DNA of 62,536 nt, filler included, from Dirinaria sp. TL-2023a (taxonomy: Eukaryota), in NCBI GenBank assembly GCA_051941275.1. It is 3 parts of 3 records of this genome, joined end to end, with 100 filler letters (N's around TTAATTAATTAA, not from the genome) between each part and the next. Parts side by side here need not be neighbours in the genome. Positions count along the whole stretch, not along the records: positions 1 to 20,831 come from JAVEBF010000275.1; 2 more parts are not named here. One strand, given 5' to 3'. The notes under the pieces are model-generated. The model ran no database searches. It was not told where the DNA came from and saw only the letters and a program-made list of their open reading frames with translations. The position numbers were made by a program, and so were the translations under genes. Positions 1 to 13,500 of the stretch are shown in pieces (position 1 is the first letter of the stretch; each line of letters opens with the position of its first letter).

Positions 1-500
1 CTCTTGCTAATTTTTTGCTGAATCCCAGAAGTTTTTTCTCCTAATAGGAAAGTGACCTCCAAAAGCCCCCACTGTTTTTACTTTGCTGGAAACGACTCAT
101 TGTTCCCCTAATTGGACGTGGAAGTAGGAAAATATGACGAAGGCGACAGATAGAGTGTATGAGTCTTACTCATACGCAGAATGAAACCAGATTCAGATAG
201 CGTTACATTCTGAAAATGAAGTGAAGCGGAAAAAGAGCAATGGAATCTCTCTTTTTTTTTTTTTTTTTCTTGATAAAGGGAAGAAGACAGGTACTCCTCA
301 CGGCTTTTGCCTACCAGAGCAGGTAAGGTAGAATGATGAAATAGCATTGGAGGTGCGCTCGAAGGGGAAAATTTTAAGTATGCCTGAAGTTGGTATATTC
401 TACGAACTCTGCTGCCACACGATTCTTGATGTAAGTTACTCTGCTAATACTTCGCTTTCGCTGGTCCTGGTTGCTTCTTTTCCCCCTTCAATGCCTTCGA

Positions 501-531
<31 letters not shown>

Positions 532-1009
532 GTGGACGCATCCGAGTCAAATATACGTCTTCATCTCTTCACTCTGGCAGAGTGTACCATTCAAGGGAAA
601 TAGGTTATCCGGAGAAGGTGTATCTGTCACGAAAACTGTATCTGTTTGTCAAGACGCTTTTGCTACGGTGGATAGAAGATTATTTTGAAGAGAAGAGGGA
701 GGTTTGGTATGTGTCCATCCCGATCGCGTGGCATGCTTTAGGGCTACGCTAGGGTGGGGAGGCTTTTTTTACCTACCTCACATTTTATAGGATTTCTTCT
801 GCACACAGAAATGATGTGAAGAGACCAGCAGATTGGATCTACTTTGCTGTCAAAAGCTAATTAAAGCAAGATACATAGAAAGTCATGCATGCCTGACATC
901 CTCACACGCAATAATTGCTCCGCCGCTTCCACCAAGCACCAATCATCAAACTGCACGTGAGCGCTACCGAAGCAGATCACCTTCCCATAGGATCTATTAA
1001 TGCATGCCG

Positions 1010-4000
1010 TCATTGCCTGACGGTCGCTACCTTGCCGCCTTTCCTCAACTCAACATGCCTTCCTTTCCCAGCCTTCTTATCCGTCTGATTGCGCGTCAAC
1101 TTCCGGACCCACCCAGGCCCATTCGGCAAGCTCGAATCACCTTCATACGCACTGTCGGACGGCTCCACCAGATCGCTTGAGAGAGTTAAGTCTACGGCCT
1201 GCGAGCCTGGTGGGATCTGTGACGAGAATACGAAGCCGCGGGTGGGGTCTTCATCGTCATCATCCGAGAGAATCGGTAGTGGGCTGTTGATCGACGACGA
1301 TCCTGTGCGTTTCGAGGTGTGGGATTTTTCGCTCCTCTGCGAGGGCTTTTGGCTGGGTAGGTCATGGAGGTTGGACTGAGTCTCCTCGTCTTTGAAGGTT
1401 GGGTCTTGGGAGGAGGAGAATGATGGTCGTTGACGGGTTGAAATTTGCGACGCGAAGACTTTTTCGAGAGAGGGCAACTCGTCGTCCGAATTCGCGCCAT
1501 CTGACCCAGAATGCTGGTTGCCGTTGATATTGGGCTGAGGACCGCTTTTGCGGGCTTTGCTTCGAGTTTTCGATGATTCCGAGGGAGGATTGAGCCGACC
1601 GGCTGCAGTGCCATTTTTGCGAACCTTGGATTGGCGTTTTGAGACTTCCGGTGGTGATATGGGAGGAAAAGCTGAGGGCTCGCTGCTTGGCGGCTGAGGA
1701 TGTATTGGGGATACGCTGGGTGGCGACATCGAGTTGCCAGTTGGTCTTGGTGCAGTCTCTTGAGCATCTTGGGCATGCCATGACTGGCGGTCGGACTCGT
1801 ACCTCGGTGACTCGCCGTATAACGATGTGCCACCTTCGGAAGCACGTACCGAGTGATACCTTTCTGGAGTTGCGATTTGAGCAGATAGTTGTACACTATC
1901 ACCAATTTCGTTGGGCTGCTGGAGCGTTTCGGGAATTTCTGCCGGAAGGGTTTCCACTTGCTCGTCTTCTTGCGACTTTTCATTCTCGTTGCTTGTTTCT
2001 GAGGGAGGATCTGAGCTTCGTACATGGATTTCGATGGATTGGTTTTGCTCGGTTGGAATAGGTTGTGATGCTTTTGGCTCGTCGCTGGGAAAACCAATAC
2101 TGGACCGCCAACCAGCATCTTCGAGGAGATCTAGTATGTCTTGTCGAACGTCGTTAGCAGCAGAACTAGCTCCAGATGGCTTTGGAGAATCAAGTTTTCT
2201 CTCGGACAGGGCTGTATATGTTGCATCTGGACTTGGTCTCGCTGGGTGCGTTTGTTGGTTACCGGTGCTGTCCAAGTCTTGTAATCTATGATCTAGCTCG
2301 GGATACTTGATACTCGCCGAATCATGGTCCTCTGGTAGTACCTCGACATCGACGTCATCAGTACTCTCTACCGGTGCAACCAATCCGTTATCCTCGGAGC
2401 TTTTACTAGGCTCGCCACCCTCGGCTTCTTCTGGGCCCACGATCTTTCCCTTTGGAAGATTTGTAGCCGTTGAGACGCCTTGATATGGTAAGGCCTGGGC
2501 TGCCGACGGATCCGAGTTCCCCTCGAGCTCCATGGCCTTAACAGTTTGGATAGGCTCACCAGCTTGTATGATCTTTGGTTCTATGAGCTCCATGAAAGAT
2601 AGCTCGAGGCGACCGACATGCTCATGATCATTCTCGTCTTGGAAACCTGGCATCTCAAACTTGTGATAGAGTCTTTCTCCTGTCTCTTCATCATAGACTG
2701 TTCCACTTGTTGGCCGATCCCGAAGTGCCAGCGTCATGTGTAGTGTCCCGTCATCCAATGCTTCATCAATGATAGCAGTTCGATAGTCTGATATCTTGGG
2801 CTGCCATTTCGTCTCTACAGACATATCAAGCTTTTTGAACGCAATGACTGTTCCAGACCTCGCCGTCTCTTGTGTCAGAGTTGGACAAGTAGTGACATCT
2901 TCTGGAACTGACGGCAGATCTTTCTCGAGGATCGCTTGACTTTGAAGATTTACCGCAGCTTCATCTGACTCTCGTATGAGCTGCTCGTTAGCTGCGCCCT
3001 CGTACGCATCACTTGAGGTGGGCCGTGCGTCGTACATTTGCTGATCCTCCGGTGCCATTTCGTTCATCGCGAAGTTGTGCATGGAAGGGGCTAACTTGCC
3101 TTGCTTCGCGGCCCGCTCTATTCCTTGTTGTTCAGTACCATCGTCGTAGTACTGATCTTGATTGCGCTTCCGCTTCTTGTTTGTGCGCTCTTTCCGCCGT
3201 GCGATTCTGTAATTGTATCCGTTCCGCTGCTGCGGATCCCATCGTTGCACAAAAGGAAACGGAGGATTGCTAAGTTCAACGCCTTCATGACAGCATTCAA
3301 CAGCTTTCAGGACGATCCTATCTCTCCAACTCTCATCATCCTCTTCAGGTGCTGCGTCAACATTTTGCGTCGCAGCGCTATCGCTCTGAGGTTGCTTTAG
3401 GGGCTTGATATCTTTCATGAGCTTTTCTTGCAAGGCTTTCTCTTCCTCTTTAGATTTTGGGGTGCGTAAGCCTAAGGCACCGAAGAGTAGACGACGTGAG
3501 CTTGCCAGATCGATCTTAGCTCGGGGCTTCTCTGGTTTGGGGAAAGAATCGGTTTCAGGCCAATGTGCTGTTGTATCAGCAGATTCTGGCAAAAGCTGGT
3601 CGCTAGCAGCTCCATACGTATTTCCCTGTGGGCCGTGAGAATCTACGTCCTCGGATATTCGCTCTATATTCGATGTTTCCAACCCCTGTTGCTGGTTGGA
3701 CGGCGCATTATCTGGCTGACTAGGACCTGCCAAATCTTTTGTGGTGGGGATATTCTGGTCGATGTCGACACCGCCGGAGGCGATAGCTTCGAGCAAAACA
3801 TTCCTGCGCGCGTCAAGATCTGCCTTGACAGAGCGAGCAGCATCATCTGGCTTCGAAGTTAGCGTTTCCGATGCTGCATCCGACTTCGCCGACACCGCTG
3901 AGGCTGACGATTTAGGATGGATTTCATGTCTTGTTGATGACTTAAGTTTCTTCGCGTTCTTGCGACGTTCATTTCGCCTGCGTGTCTTTGTTTTGCCCTC

Positions 4001-6069
4001 TCCTGGTGGTGCCATCGCTTGTGGCGCCATCGCTTGTGGCTGTTCCACTGCGCCCTCTTTTGGTCGCGACTTACGAGGTCGCACCCCTTTGATGACGTAT
4101 TTTTTTTCAGGCGTTGTGACAACAGCTGTCTTCGCGCCTACGAACATGTCGCGTGTGTTTTGGATCAGCTGAGTTGCGGTCAGCAACTTATTGTCGTCCG
4201 TAGTCGAACCCAGAAATTGATTTTTATAAGCGTGCCACAATACAGCTTGTACCAGCTCGGCTTGAGAATCTGCCTTGAGAACACGCTTGAGCCATAATCG
4301 AGCGCGCTCAGGTTCTGTCTGTCTGAAGAGATCCGTAGACTTTCGACTGGACAGGGTCAGATCTTGCCATGTGTGCTGAGGCACTTGGCTCTCATCCATT
4401 CCAGGGGGCAAAGTCTGCTGCCCAGGTTGAGTGACATTCATTGCAGATTTTGCAGGAATCTTTCGGTCTTTTGAACTCGTACCAATACTCTGAGATGACT
4501 TTCCTGAAGAGGGATGATCTTTGGCTGTGAGTTTTGATTTCGGTGCGGCAGTCTTTGACTGGTCGATGTCCGTATCAGCTTCTGAGCTGCTCTTAGACGA
4601 GCGTGAAGCAATAGAGGGAGCCTTTCCATTTTCGGCATCGCTCTCGGAGGATGTTGAGCTGGTGTCTGAATCGCTTGACATGACCTAGAGCAGTGGCAGA
4701 TGTCAGCGAATGCAAAATTAGCCCCTTGCTGAGCATCACATCATCAGACTGGCGGATAGGTACGTGGAGAGATAAGAGTCCTATGTGTAGAGGTTGCTTA
4801 ATGCATTAACTGAGCGGGATTTGCAGATGCTGGCGTGTGTTCCAGCCTAACTCTCTGTAGACCTACCTCACTTGACACTTCTTCGCCATCCTTGGGCTCA
4901 GCGTTCTCTTTATCAGATTCATCCATCTGATCGTCTGTATCGGCTGGAGCCTCGAAGTCCTCGTCTTCGGTATCTTCGCTTTCTTCCGCATCGAGGAGAG
5001 TAGTTGGAGGGGTTGTCGACGTCTCATCTTCGAACCGCACGCTTTTGAGACTAGTGCTGGATTCCCGCCTGCCAATAGGTCTTCGTATGGCGCGCAGGTC
5101 TTTGTCGACGGCAGCTGAGTCCATGTGAGAAGCTGTGGAAGACTTCCTACCCTGCCGCTTTCGCTTCCCAAGACTGGTTTCAAGTGGCTCCTGGTCTTCC
5201 TGGCTATACAGTTCGAGTAAAGGATTATCGTAGCTTCCCGGGTATGGTCTTCCATTATCATCTGTCAATTCCAGTAATGCGGAGCCTGATAACCCTAGCC
5301 CCCGCTCTAAAACCGAAGTCCTTCGAGACCTTCTCCTTGGCGGATTTAGCGATGCGGCTACATCCTGAGGTGAAGATTGCCTATCTTCGGCAGCTAGGCC
5401 TTCGATATCATTCTGTATATTGGCAGATTCTTCAGTCAGATCCTTTGCCTCTTGACCAGGAATGCTGTAGTCCTCATCTCCTTGCTCGTCACTGCTTTCG
5501 GCATTGTCCGCATTATCAGGGTCATCAAGGAACACAAGCTGTCGCGCATTTTCGACAGTATCGTCATTCTCTTCTTCTGGCTCGTCAAACGTAATTCGTC
5601 TTCGCTTCCGCGGAGGAATTCTAACGGCAGGCCTCTCGGCTCGCCGCAGGAAAGGGCGGCCAAAAGCAACGCCATCAATGAGATGCCTACCGTCAGACGT
5701 GATCTGATGTCGTCCAGATATTCGTCGGAATCTAAGATCCGAAGTTTGTAGAGGTCGTATACTATCCAATTCTCAGCGGTTATGCGTATGCGGGGCACTC
5801 ATCTAGAAGACTCACCAAACCTCGTCGTCTTCCTTCAGCACTTGGCCGAGGTCTGAGAAATGCAAGCATTCAAAGCCTCCTACTTCCACAGCATAATCTT
5901 CTAAGCCCCAATCGTCCGACTCCAATGGTATTACTTCGTTGACTTGTTCTAGAAGCTGTGAGATTATCCCGCTGGCTCCCGTAGCTGCGTAAGGTGGAAA
6001 TGATCCTACTGTCCAAAGCACTCGTGTTGCAGGCAATGAGTGCCTTCGCACAGTTAGCTTGAGCCTCAT
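1010..6069 (-). CDS. Coilin-like protein (N-terminal DUF7357-type domain, coilin Tudor-like domain), 3 exons: 6069-5816, 5761-4867, 4684-1010
   Basis: N-term MRLKLTVRRHSLPATRVLW...IPLESDDWGLEDYAVEVGGFECLHF, central WRDRIVLKAVECC...PPFPFVQRWDPQQ and GTVIAFKKLDMS...WQPKISDYRTA motifs match this fungal family. GT-AG introns 5815-5762 and 4866-4685 join the three ORFs in frame. Confidence 0.8.
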
Positions 6070-6253
6070 TGTCGCGAGAGACTTGACCGGCAAAGTGCCA
6101 ATAGAACAAAAGAATGAATGGGATGCGGACACGCTAGAACCGAGAGAACGCGATGTTAAGCTTTTAGCTAGCTTAAGCGAAACCCTAGCAAGACCTAGCC
6201 GTAGACTCTGTCGGCTGTGGTGAAGCTGCTTTATCACCAACTTATGCGAGGAT

Positions 6254-7300
6254 TTAGTGAAGTTCCCTTTCTGTTATTCTCGAAATACTATTTAAATCCA
6301 TAGTGCCATCAAATGCTTCTAATACGGCTCCACTCATTGCATACTCTGGATCTCTTCTGCGACCCGGCCGTCGCGGCCCTGCTCCTTGCAAGCGTATAAA
6401 CTCTTGTTCTCGTAATTCCGTCTCCTCCGAGTCACTCAAGGTTGTACCTTCTATACTCAGAAATCCGTGTTCTCGATCGGCGCTTCGAGAAGTGTTCATG
6501 TCCTTCACTCGAAATCTGAAAAGGCCTTCCACCTTCTTTCCCCTCCTGTCAACGAAATGACCTTCGGCATCACCAGTACCATTAGCCTGCCGCATTCCTT
6601 CTTCATCTGCGTAGCTGCCGTTCGTAGACTCTAAGGGTGCTTTCAACTTCTCTATCCTCGGTCGATGCCCGCCTGCCGGTATCCACTTCCAGTCCTTCGG
6701 TAACCGCTTTCGCTCGATACTCGCATTGAAATAGTTCCAACACACTAATCCAATGATCCCTTCATTTTGCAAATTTATCCACCCGTCAATCAGACATCCT
6801 CGTAGTGGTCGGAACAAGAAGAAGTCCGCAGTAAGCCAAACGTAGCTGACCGCATACTCGTCGACGGATCTTGCGAGTACGGGACCCTCTTCCTGTAAGT
6901 CGCAGCGGGGAGGTTCCGTCGAGAGCTTTGCGTTTGTATAGGATAGTATTACACCATTCAATGGAGGGTAATAGGTCAGTAGCAGAGGCGAAATATGCTC
7001 GGCGCAAAGACCTTCAAGAGGATATCGCTGACATATTGGCGATAACGGTAGGTATAGCGAAGAGGTCTGTCGAACAAATGGAGACGCTTCTATAGAATCA
7101 AGCGATTGAAGTACTTGATCTGTTGTAGCGTTGTCATGCTTTGCAAGTTTTGAGCGATGCTTTTTGGTGGGTGGGCGTGGAGTAGTATCCTGGTGCTTGG
7201 ATCTTTTGCGTTTCTTCAGACTTGTGATATTGTCCTTCTCTTTCTTATCCTTCTTGCGTATCTTCGGGGAGCTGTCGTAGATGTCGAGTTCCGCAGACAT
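6254..7300 (-). CDS. RPA43: RNA polymerase I subunit A43
   Basis: Single ORF; SPF..QTSSLYLPLSPI, EHISPLLLTYYPPLNGVILSY, GWINLQNEGIIGLVCWNYFNASI are fungal Rpa43 motifs. Confidence 0.9.
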   Translation of the reverse strand: MSAELDIYDSSPKIRKKDKKEKDNITSLKKRKRSKHQDTTPRPPTKKHRSKLAKHDNATTDQVLQSLDSIEASPFVRQTSSLYLPLSPICQRYPLEGLCAEHISPLLLTYYPPLNGVILSYTNAKLSTEPPRCDLQEEGPVLARSVDEYAVSYVWLTADFFLFRPLRGCLIDGWINLQNEGIIGLVCWNYFNASIERKRLPKDWKWIPAGGHRPRIEKLKAPLESTNGSYADEEGMRQANGTGDAEGHFVDRRGKKVEGLFRFRVKDMNTSRSADREHGFLSIEGTTLSDSEETELREQEFIRLQGAGPRRPGRRRDPEYAMSGAVLEAFDGTMDLNSISRITERELH

Positions 7301-7339
7301 ACTTAAGACTTTGACGCTGTTATCAGAAATGCTTGACGG

Positions 7340-7349
7340 GAAATTTTTC
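7340..7349 (-). promoter_or_regulatory. RRPE-like motif (GAAAAATTTC) in the RPA43/DnaJ divergent promoter
   Basis: Lies 40 nt upstream of the RPA43 ATG; resembles the ribosome-biogenesis RRPE element. Confidence 0.45.
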
Positions 7350-7579
7350 GCGGCCTACAGTTTAGTGTTGTGGCTGCATCTCGGAAATAAGAGTCGGCTA
7401 ATCGCGTGTGGCTAATCCCTGTGCAGCCGCTATGGTTGCGACGTGCAAAGGACACATTTTTCCTGGCACATCATGTCGGATTTGATCAAACATATCACAG
7501 GAGGATGGTAGAGATGAAGGGAGTACGTGCTAAAATATGGTCACTCTGCTCTAATCAGATCTAAATGTAATCTCTCAAA

Positions 7580-8820
7580 ATGACCACCAATACAACGACT
7601 ACCAATTTCTCAGTCAACAGCCTACTCTCCTACGCCGGCTGGACATTTCTCCCTAACGTGAGCCTCCCTAAAATGTCCGACTTTCGGATTCTGACTCGTT
7701 TTGCAGCTAGTAACAGGATGGCTCCAAGCTATATACTACGGCATCATGATTCGCGCTGGCGATCCGAAGCCGCAACCGGGAACACCGGTGTATAATAAGC
7801 ACCGCCGACGCATCCATGTCGCTGTCGTACTCGTCTACCTCCTGTATACCATCTACGAAGCTGACTACTGGATGCGTCGTGAAGGAGATTTCTACCAACT
7901 ACTAGGCGTAACCCATTGGGCGGATGAGAAGATCATCAAATCCCGCTTCAGACGTTTGGCCGCGCTTCATCACCCCGACAAGATCGCGTCGGTGTTTGGA
8001 GGGAAGGATGACGGAGGTGCAGCAGATGCGTACTACGTGAGGCTGAAGAACGCGCAGGATATTTTGACAACGCCCGCTAAGCGATTCGCATACGAGCGAT
8101 TCGGGCCTGATGTGATGCACTGGCAGCATGTTACGACCATTAAAGAGTATCTGTGGACTGGCCTGGCTGGAAGTGCGATGTTGTATGTGGGGAGTTTTGT
8201 TTTTATGATTACGCTTGGTCTCTTGGGATACCTGAACTGGGGCCGATATGTAGGTCCACTCCCTTGCTAATCCATTCCTACCCTCTGTAGGATCTGGACT
8301 AATTGAAGACACAACGCTGCAGTGGCGCTATCTCTTTCTCACTATTCTCCTCACTCTCGAGATTCACACTCTCACTCGCACCTCGACTCCACCAGTTCTC
8401 ACCTACCTTAACCCCTTTATTACCACAGTCACAACCCACCCTCCTCTCCTCCCCTTCCAACTTCTGATCCTCGCTCGCAAAACATTCTTAACTCTCTGTA
8501 TCGCACTCTCCCAACTGCAATCATTCTTCGCTTCGCCTATGCCTCCAACCACCTCAACCGGTATCGATCCTCAACAATTAGCGAGACTAGAGCAGATGGC
8601 AAAAGGGAGTGACATCGAAGCTGCAAGACTATTGGCACTCGAAATGGCACCATTTGTAGGCGATGAGAGTGCGGTAAAGGAGCTCAGGGGGCGGATCAGG
8701 GATTGGCTAGTGCAAAATACCATCCGAGCAGATCCGCTCGTTCGAGATGCTGTGGGCAAGGCGTTGGGCCGCCGAAGGGTTGGTGCACCGCCTGGTGCAA
8801 GGAATTCGAGCCAGATGTGA
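7580..8820 (+). CDS. Membrane-associated DnaJ-domain protein, 3 exons: 7580-7657, 7707-8249, 8323-8820
   Basis: J-domain DFYQLLGV...IKSRFRRLAALHHPDK...KRFAYERFG, hydrophobic segments, conserved C-term IRDWLVQNTIRADP; canonical GT-AG introns keep frame. Confidence 0.88.
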
Positions 8821-10550
8821 AGCCGCTCCGAACGAATCCTGTGTACCGTACAATAGACCATAGATTAATCGGCATCGCGAGCTCACTAAATGTTGACTTT
8901 TGTGTAGGGAATGGACGAAATACTCCACTGATATGTGGCTGTGCTTTCAAAGCAATGCCGATTGTCCTGGGAGTTCTGCTCGTACTGAAACATCCAATTT
9001 GTCGAATCGGAAAAATCATTGATCTCAATCTCTCTGGCGCCGCGCATTCAAGGCAGGACCTGGAGACGTCAAAGTTCTCGATATTGTGTTCACGGAGAGA
9101 CACTTTTCCATGTCATTATGAAGGCGTCGAGGGTATAGAAAATTAGATAGTGATTGAGGAAGCATCCTCGGAATCGCGTCTAGTCGTCGTTCTAGAGAAT
9201 CCAGCAGCGCTGATCTTTACTTAAGCTATAGCTTGTTGTTGAAAAAAAAGTTGTTGTTATAGATGTGTGCCTACTTCCTCGATAAGTCATTGAGAGTCTC
9301 AGTCTCGGTGCACCTTGTATGTAACTTCTGCATGCAGGAGTTCGCATCCCAAATACCAGATGTTTGAAACTTTTTGGATTGTGTTGATAATGGCGGTTCA
9401 GAATGACCTCCTTCGTGTACAACTGCCGTATATAAAAGCAGCAGGCGTACGCTGATAGCCTGGGAAGGTCAACGCGAACCCCTGTCCTCGGTCGTGCGCG
9501 GGAGCTTGAAACGACGGGATCTATCAACCTTAAAGGAACAATCTCGTCCAGGATCACCGTGACATAGGTGGCTGCACGAACTCAGGGGCTCGCTAATGTA
9601 CGTGTTAAGGTTGAAGAATGCAGCTGTGAGGGCGGCGGTAAGGTAATGTACAGTGGCTAGGAGGCATTATTGGCCTACCGATGCGCCCGGAGGCCCCCAG
9701 GGCGATTACATAAAGGTACCGACAGTACGGAGCTACTCAGCTTTGCGGGACTCCTTTGCCGCCAAGCTATAATTGATAAAAAAAGCAAGCTCTGTACGAG
9801 TACGTATTATGGAAGATCCCTTAGGATACTTCTGGCGGCAAATAATCACCGCCCATAAGCGACGAGATGATATTCACCCCAAGTCGTAGGGAGACCACCA
9901 CCGGTCCACAGATATAGATTCTATTTCAATTGAACGGTGAAATTAGTAGTGGTTTTTGGACGAGCCGGACAAAATCGTCTTGGAGATGGGATCCTTTCCA
10001 TCGAGCATCCTCGGCTCGTAAGATTAAGGCAGCGGCCAAGGGGGTTGTCTGTTCCATAACTTCCATGATGAGCATATGATGATACGGTACCTTGGCTGCT
10101 TAACTCCTTAGCTCCCGCACTCCCTCGTCCCCTCTGTCCAGTCTGCCAAGCCATTCGCCTAATCCGTCTTGCACCTCCTTTCAGCGACAAGCACCGCTAC
10201 CATTATCAGCGACTTTGCTCGCCTCAAGCACAGGAGTCTATTGTCTTCTTCATTGCTGTTATTGTCAATTTACTGCTGCGGCCCCAGCGTTGTAGCTTTG
10301 CTCCCTCCCTGAATACGCCTTAAAGTCGTTCAGCCGCCAATACGGAGCCTGAGAAGGCATCTGGACTGACTCCTCAGCTGCCATGTCATTTCTGGCACTT
10401 GTAATCAGTCATTCGGCAGCATTGTCTTAACGATGTAGTGATCTGCAAACCAGCGTCACCAGCAACCAGATCCATCTACATTGGCTCCATCCCCGTACCT
10501 TATCTCCATCCACCGTCGGCGGGTCAGCTTATGTTAGCAGGGTTGTCAGA

Positions 10551-13500
10551 ATGGCAAAGCCTCAAGCTAACGATGTAGCTTTCTCTGCCGCCACGGATCT
10601 TGTTCGTGACCTCGCAAGAAGCTTCGTTCCTCCCTACGATGCGCCAGAATTCAACCTTACCGCTCGATCCCCCAACGTACCATATCGAGGCAAAGTGGTT
10701 TTGCCGGGGTCAGAAAGCACGGCAAAGCGAGCACTGGAGGTGGAACTCGCGTCTTTAGCGAACAGGATACAGTATTTGGAGACCAAGGCTAGCACAGTTC
10801 ACCACCAACCATTGCCTGATACACCAATGGAATGGGGCGGTCCGGCTTCACCGTTCAGTGTAAATGGCACAAATGGCCAGAACAAAGCGCCAAAGCGCCA
10901 GGACTCAGGCTCAGCGCGCCACGCTCGAGTATCAAATCTACTAGCCGTTCAAGAAAAGCCTAGAGTCTTCACAGAAGAGGAGTTTGGACAGCTCCGTGAG
11001 CATGTACAAAAGCAGGCACAGGAGATCAAAAGCCTAAAGGATACCATACTGAGCCTGGGAGAGCAGCTACATCAACAACAAGAGCGGACTCATCAGACGC
11101 TCGTAGAGGTGGAGAACGAAGATGTCGATAAGCTCCGGCGGGAATTGCAGAAACACCAGCAGGCCAACGAAGCATTCCAGAACGCTTTGAGAGAGATCGG
11201 CAGGGTCGTTACAAGCGTAGCAAAGGGAGATCTGAACCAGAAGTTGACGATCAACCCAAAGGAGATGGACCCCGAAATTGGAACGTTCAAAAACACCATA
11301 AACAACATGATGGATCAATTAGCACTGTTTGCCAGTGAGGTATCTAGAGTGGCTCGTGAGGTCGGCACCGATGGCATTCTTGGCGGTCAAGCTCAGATCT
11401 ACGGAGTGAGTGGAATATGGAAAGTTTTGACTGACAATGGTAAGTTCTACCCTAAATAAACTATCGTGGTGCGTACTGGTGCTAAAGATTTCGCAGTCAA
11501 TGTCATGGCTAGCAATCTTACATTCCAAGTCCGGGAGATCGCTTTCGTCACCACAGCTGTTGCCGAAGGGAAACTCGACAAGAAGATAACGGGAACAGGC
11601 AAGGGGGAAATTCTCAAACTGCAACAAACCATAAACACCATGGTCGACCAGTTAAAAACTTTCTCTTACGAAGTCACCCGCGTCGCTCAAGATGTGGGCA
11701 CTGAGGGAAAGCTAGGCGGACAAGCGCACATTGCTGGTGTCAAAGGGGAGTGGAAAGCCCTTACCGACAGCGTGAACGCAATGGCCGACAGACTTACCGG
11801 TCAGGTCCGAGACATCGCAGCAGTGACCAGGGGCGTGGCTAAAGGCGATCTATCGAAGAAGGTAGAAGCGGAGTGCAAGGGCGAGATCCTAGAGCTTAAA
11901 TCCACGATAAACTCGATGGTAGACCAGCTTCGTCAATTTGCTCAAGAAGTAACCAAGATCGCAACCGAAGTCGGTACCGAAGGAAAGCTTGGCGGGCAAG
12001 CCATTGTCCATGACGTGGAGGGAACCTGGAAGAACTTGCGGGACAGTGTCAATTATATGGCCAACAGCCTCACTCGACAGGTTCGAGAGATAGCCGACGT
12101 GACGACCGCTGTAGCCAGGGGTAATTTGGAGAAGAAAGTCACCGGCGAGGCGAAGGGCGAAATACTGACTCTGAAAATCACCATCAACTCCATGGTTGAC
12201 AGGTTGAACAATTTTGCCTCTGAGGTCATCAAGTTGGCTGAAGAAGTCGGCACAGACGGCAAGCTGGGCGGCCAAGCAAACGTGGAGAATGTCGAAGGCA
12301 AATGGATGGAGTTGACAGAGAATGTCAACTTTATGGCAACCAATTTGACTAACCAGGTTCGAGAGATCTCTGATGTCACTCAAGCCATCGCTCGCGGAGA
12401 TCTTAGCAAGAAGATCAATGTGAAAGCCGCAGGTGAAGTCCTCACTCTCAAGGATACCGTTAATAATATGGTTGAGCAATTGGATAGCTTTGCACGAGAG
12501 CTGAAGAGGGTAGCGAGAGACGTCGGTGTCGATGGTAAGATGGGAGGCCAGGCGAACGTCGACAACGTCAGTGGTCGCTGGAAGGAGATTACAACAGATG
12601 TCAATACTATGGCAGAGAATCTAACGTCGCAGGTACGCGCGTTCTCGGACATCACCGATGCAGCCATTGATGGGGACTTCTCACGCTTGATTATCGTTAA
12701 CGCTTCGGGGGAAATGGACGAATTAAAGCGGAAAATCAACAAGATGATTCTAAATCTCAAAGACACCATCCAGAAAAACACCGTTGCCAAGGAAGCCGCT
12801 GAACAGGCCAGCGCAACCAAATCAGAATTCCTCGCCAACATGAGTCACGAGATTAGAACTCCTATGAACGGCATCATAGGGATGTCGCAGCTGACTTTGG
12901 ATACTGAGATGACCCAGTATCAGCGGGAAATGCTGAATATTGTTCACAACCTCGCTAACAGTCTTTTGACCATAATCGATGATATTCTGGATATTTCCAA
13001 GATTGAGGCGAATCGTATGGTCTTGGAGACTACGGACTTCTCCATGCGCGGCACGGTATTCAGCGCCTTGAAAACCTTAGCTGTGAAAGCGAATGATAAG
13101 GGGATCAATCTGGCGTATCAGGTCGATCATTCGGTTCACGACTACATGAATGGGGACCCGTTTCGGCTTCGGCAAATTATACTTAACCTGATAGGGAACG
13201 CTCTTAAATTCACCGAAAATGGTGAGGTTAAACTCTCCATACGAGGAGCGCCTCACATGGAAGTTGCAGAAGACGAGTACGCTTTTGAGTTTGCGGTCTC
13301 GGACACGGGCATAGGAATCAAAGCCGACAAACTAGACTTGATATTCGATACATTCCAACAGGCCGACGGTTCTACAACCCGCAAATTCGGCGGCACAGGC
13401 TTGGGCTTATCGATTTCGAGAAAGCTAGTCAGTCTCATGCGCGGAGAATTGTGGGTCACATCAGTCTTCGAGCAAGGTAGTACCTTCTACTTCACCTGTA

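Noticed and set aside
108..752. Short ORFs with poly-K/poly-F
   Set aside because: Products of homopolymer tracts in non-coding contig-end DNA.
1192..2118. 308-aa alternative-frame ORF and many antisense ORFs in large genes
   Set aside because: Shadow frames of real CDSs with no motifs.
11150..12780. ~276-nt periodic repeats
   Set aside because: Ordinary HAMP repeats of group III histidine kinases; not a CRISPR or mobile array.
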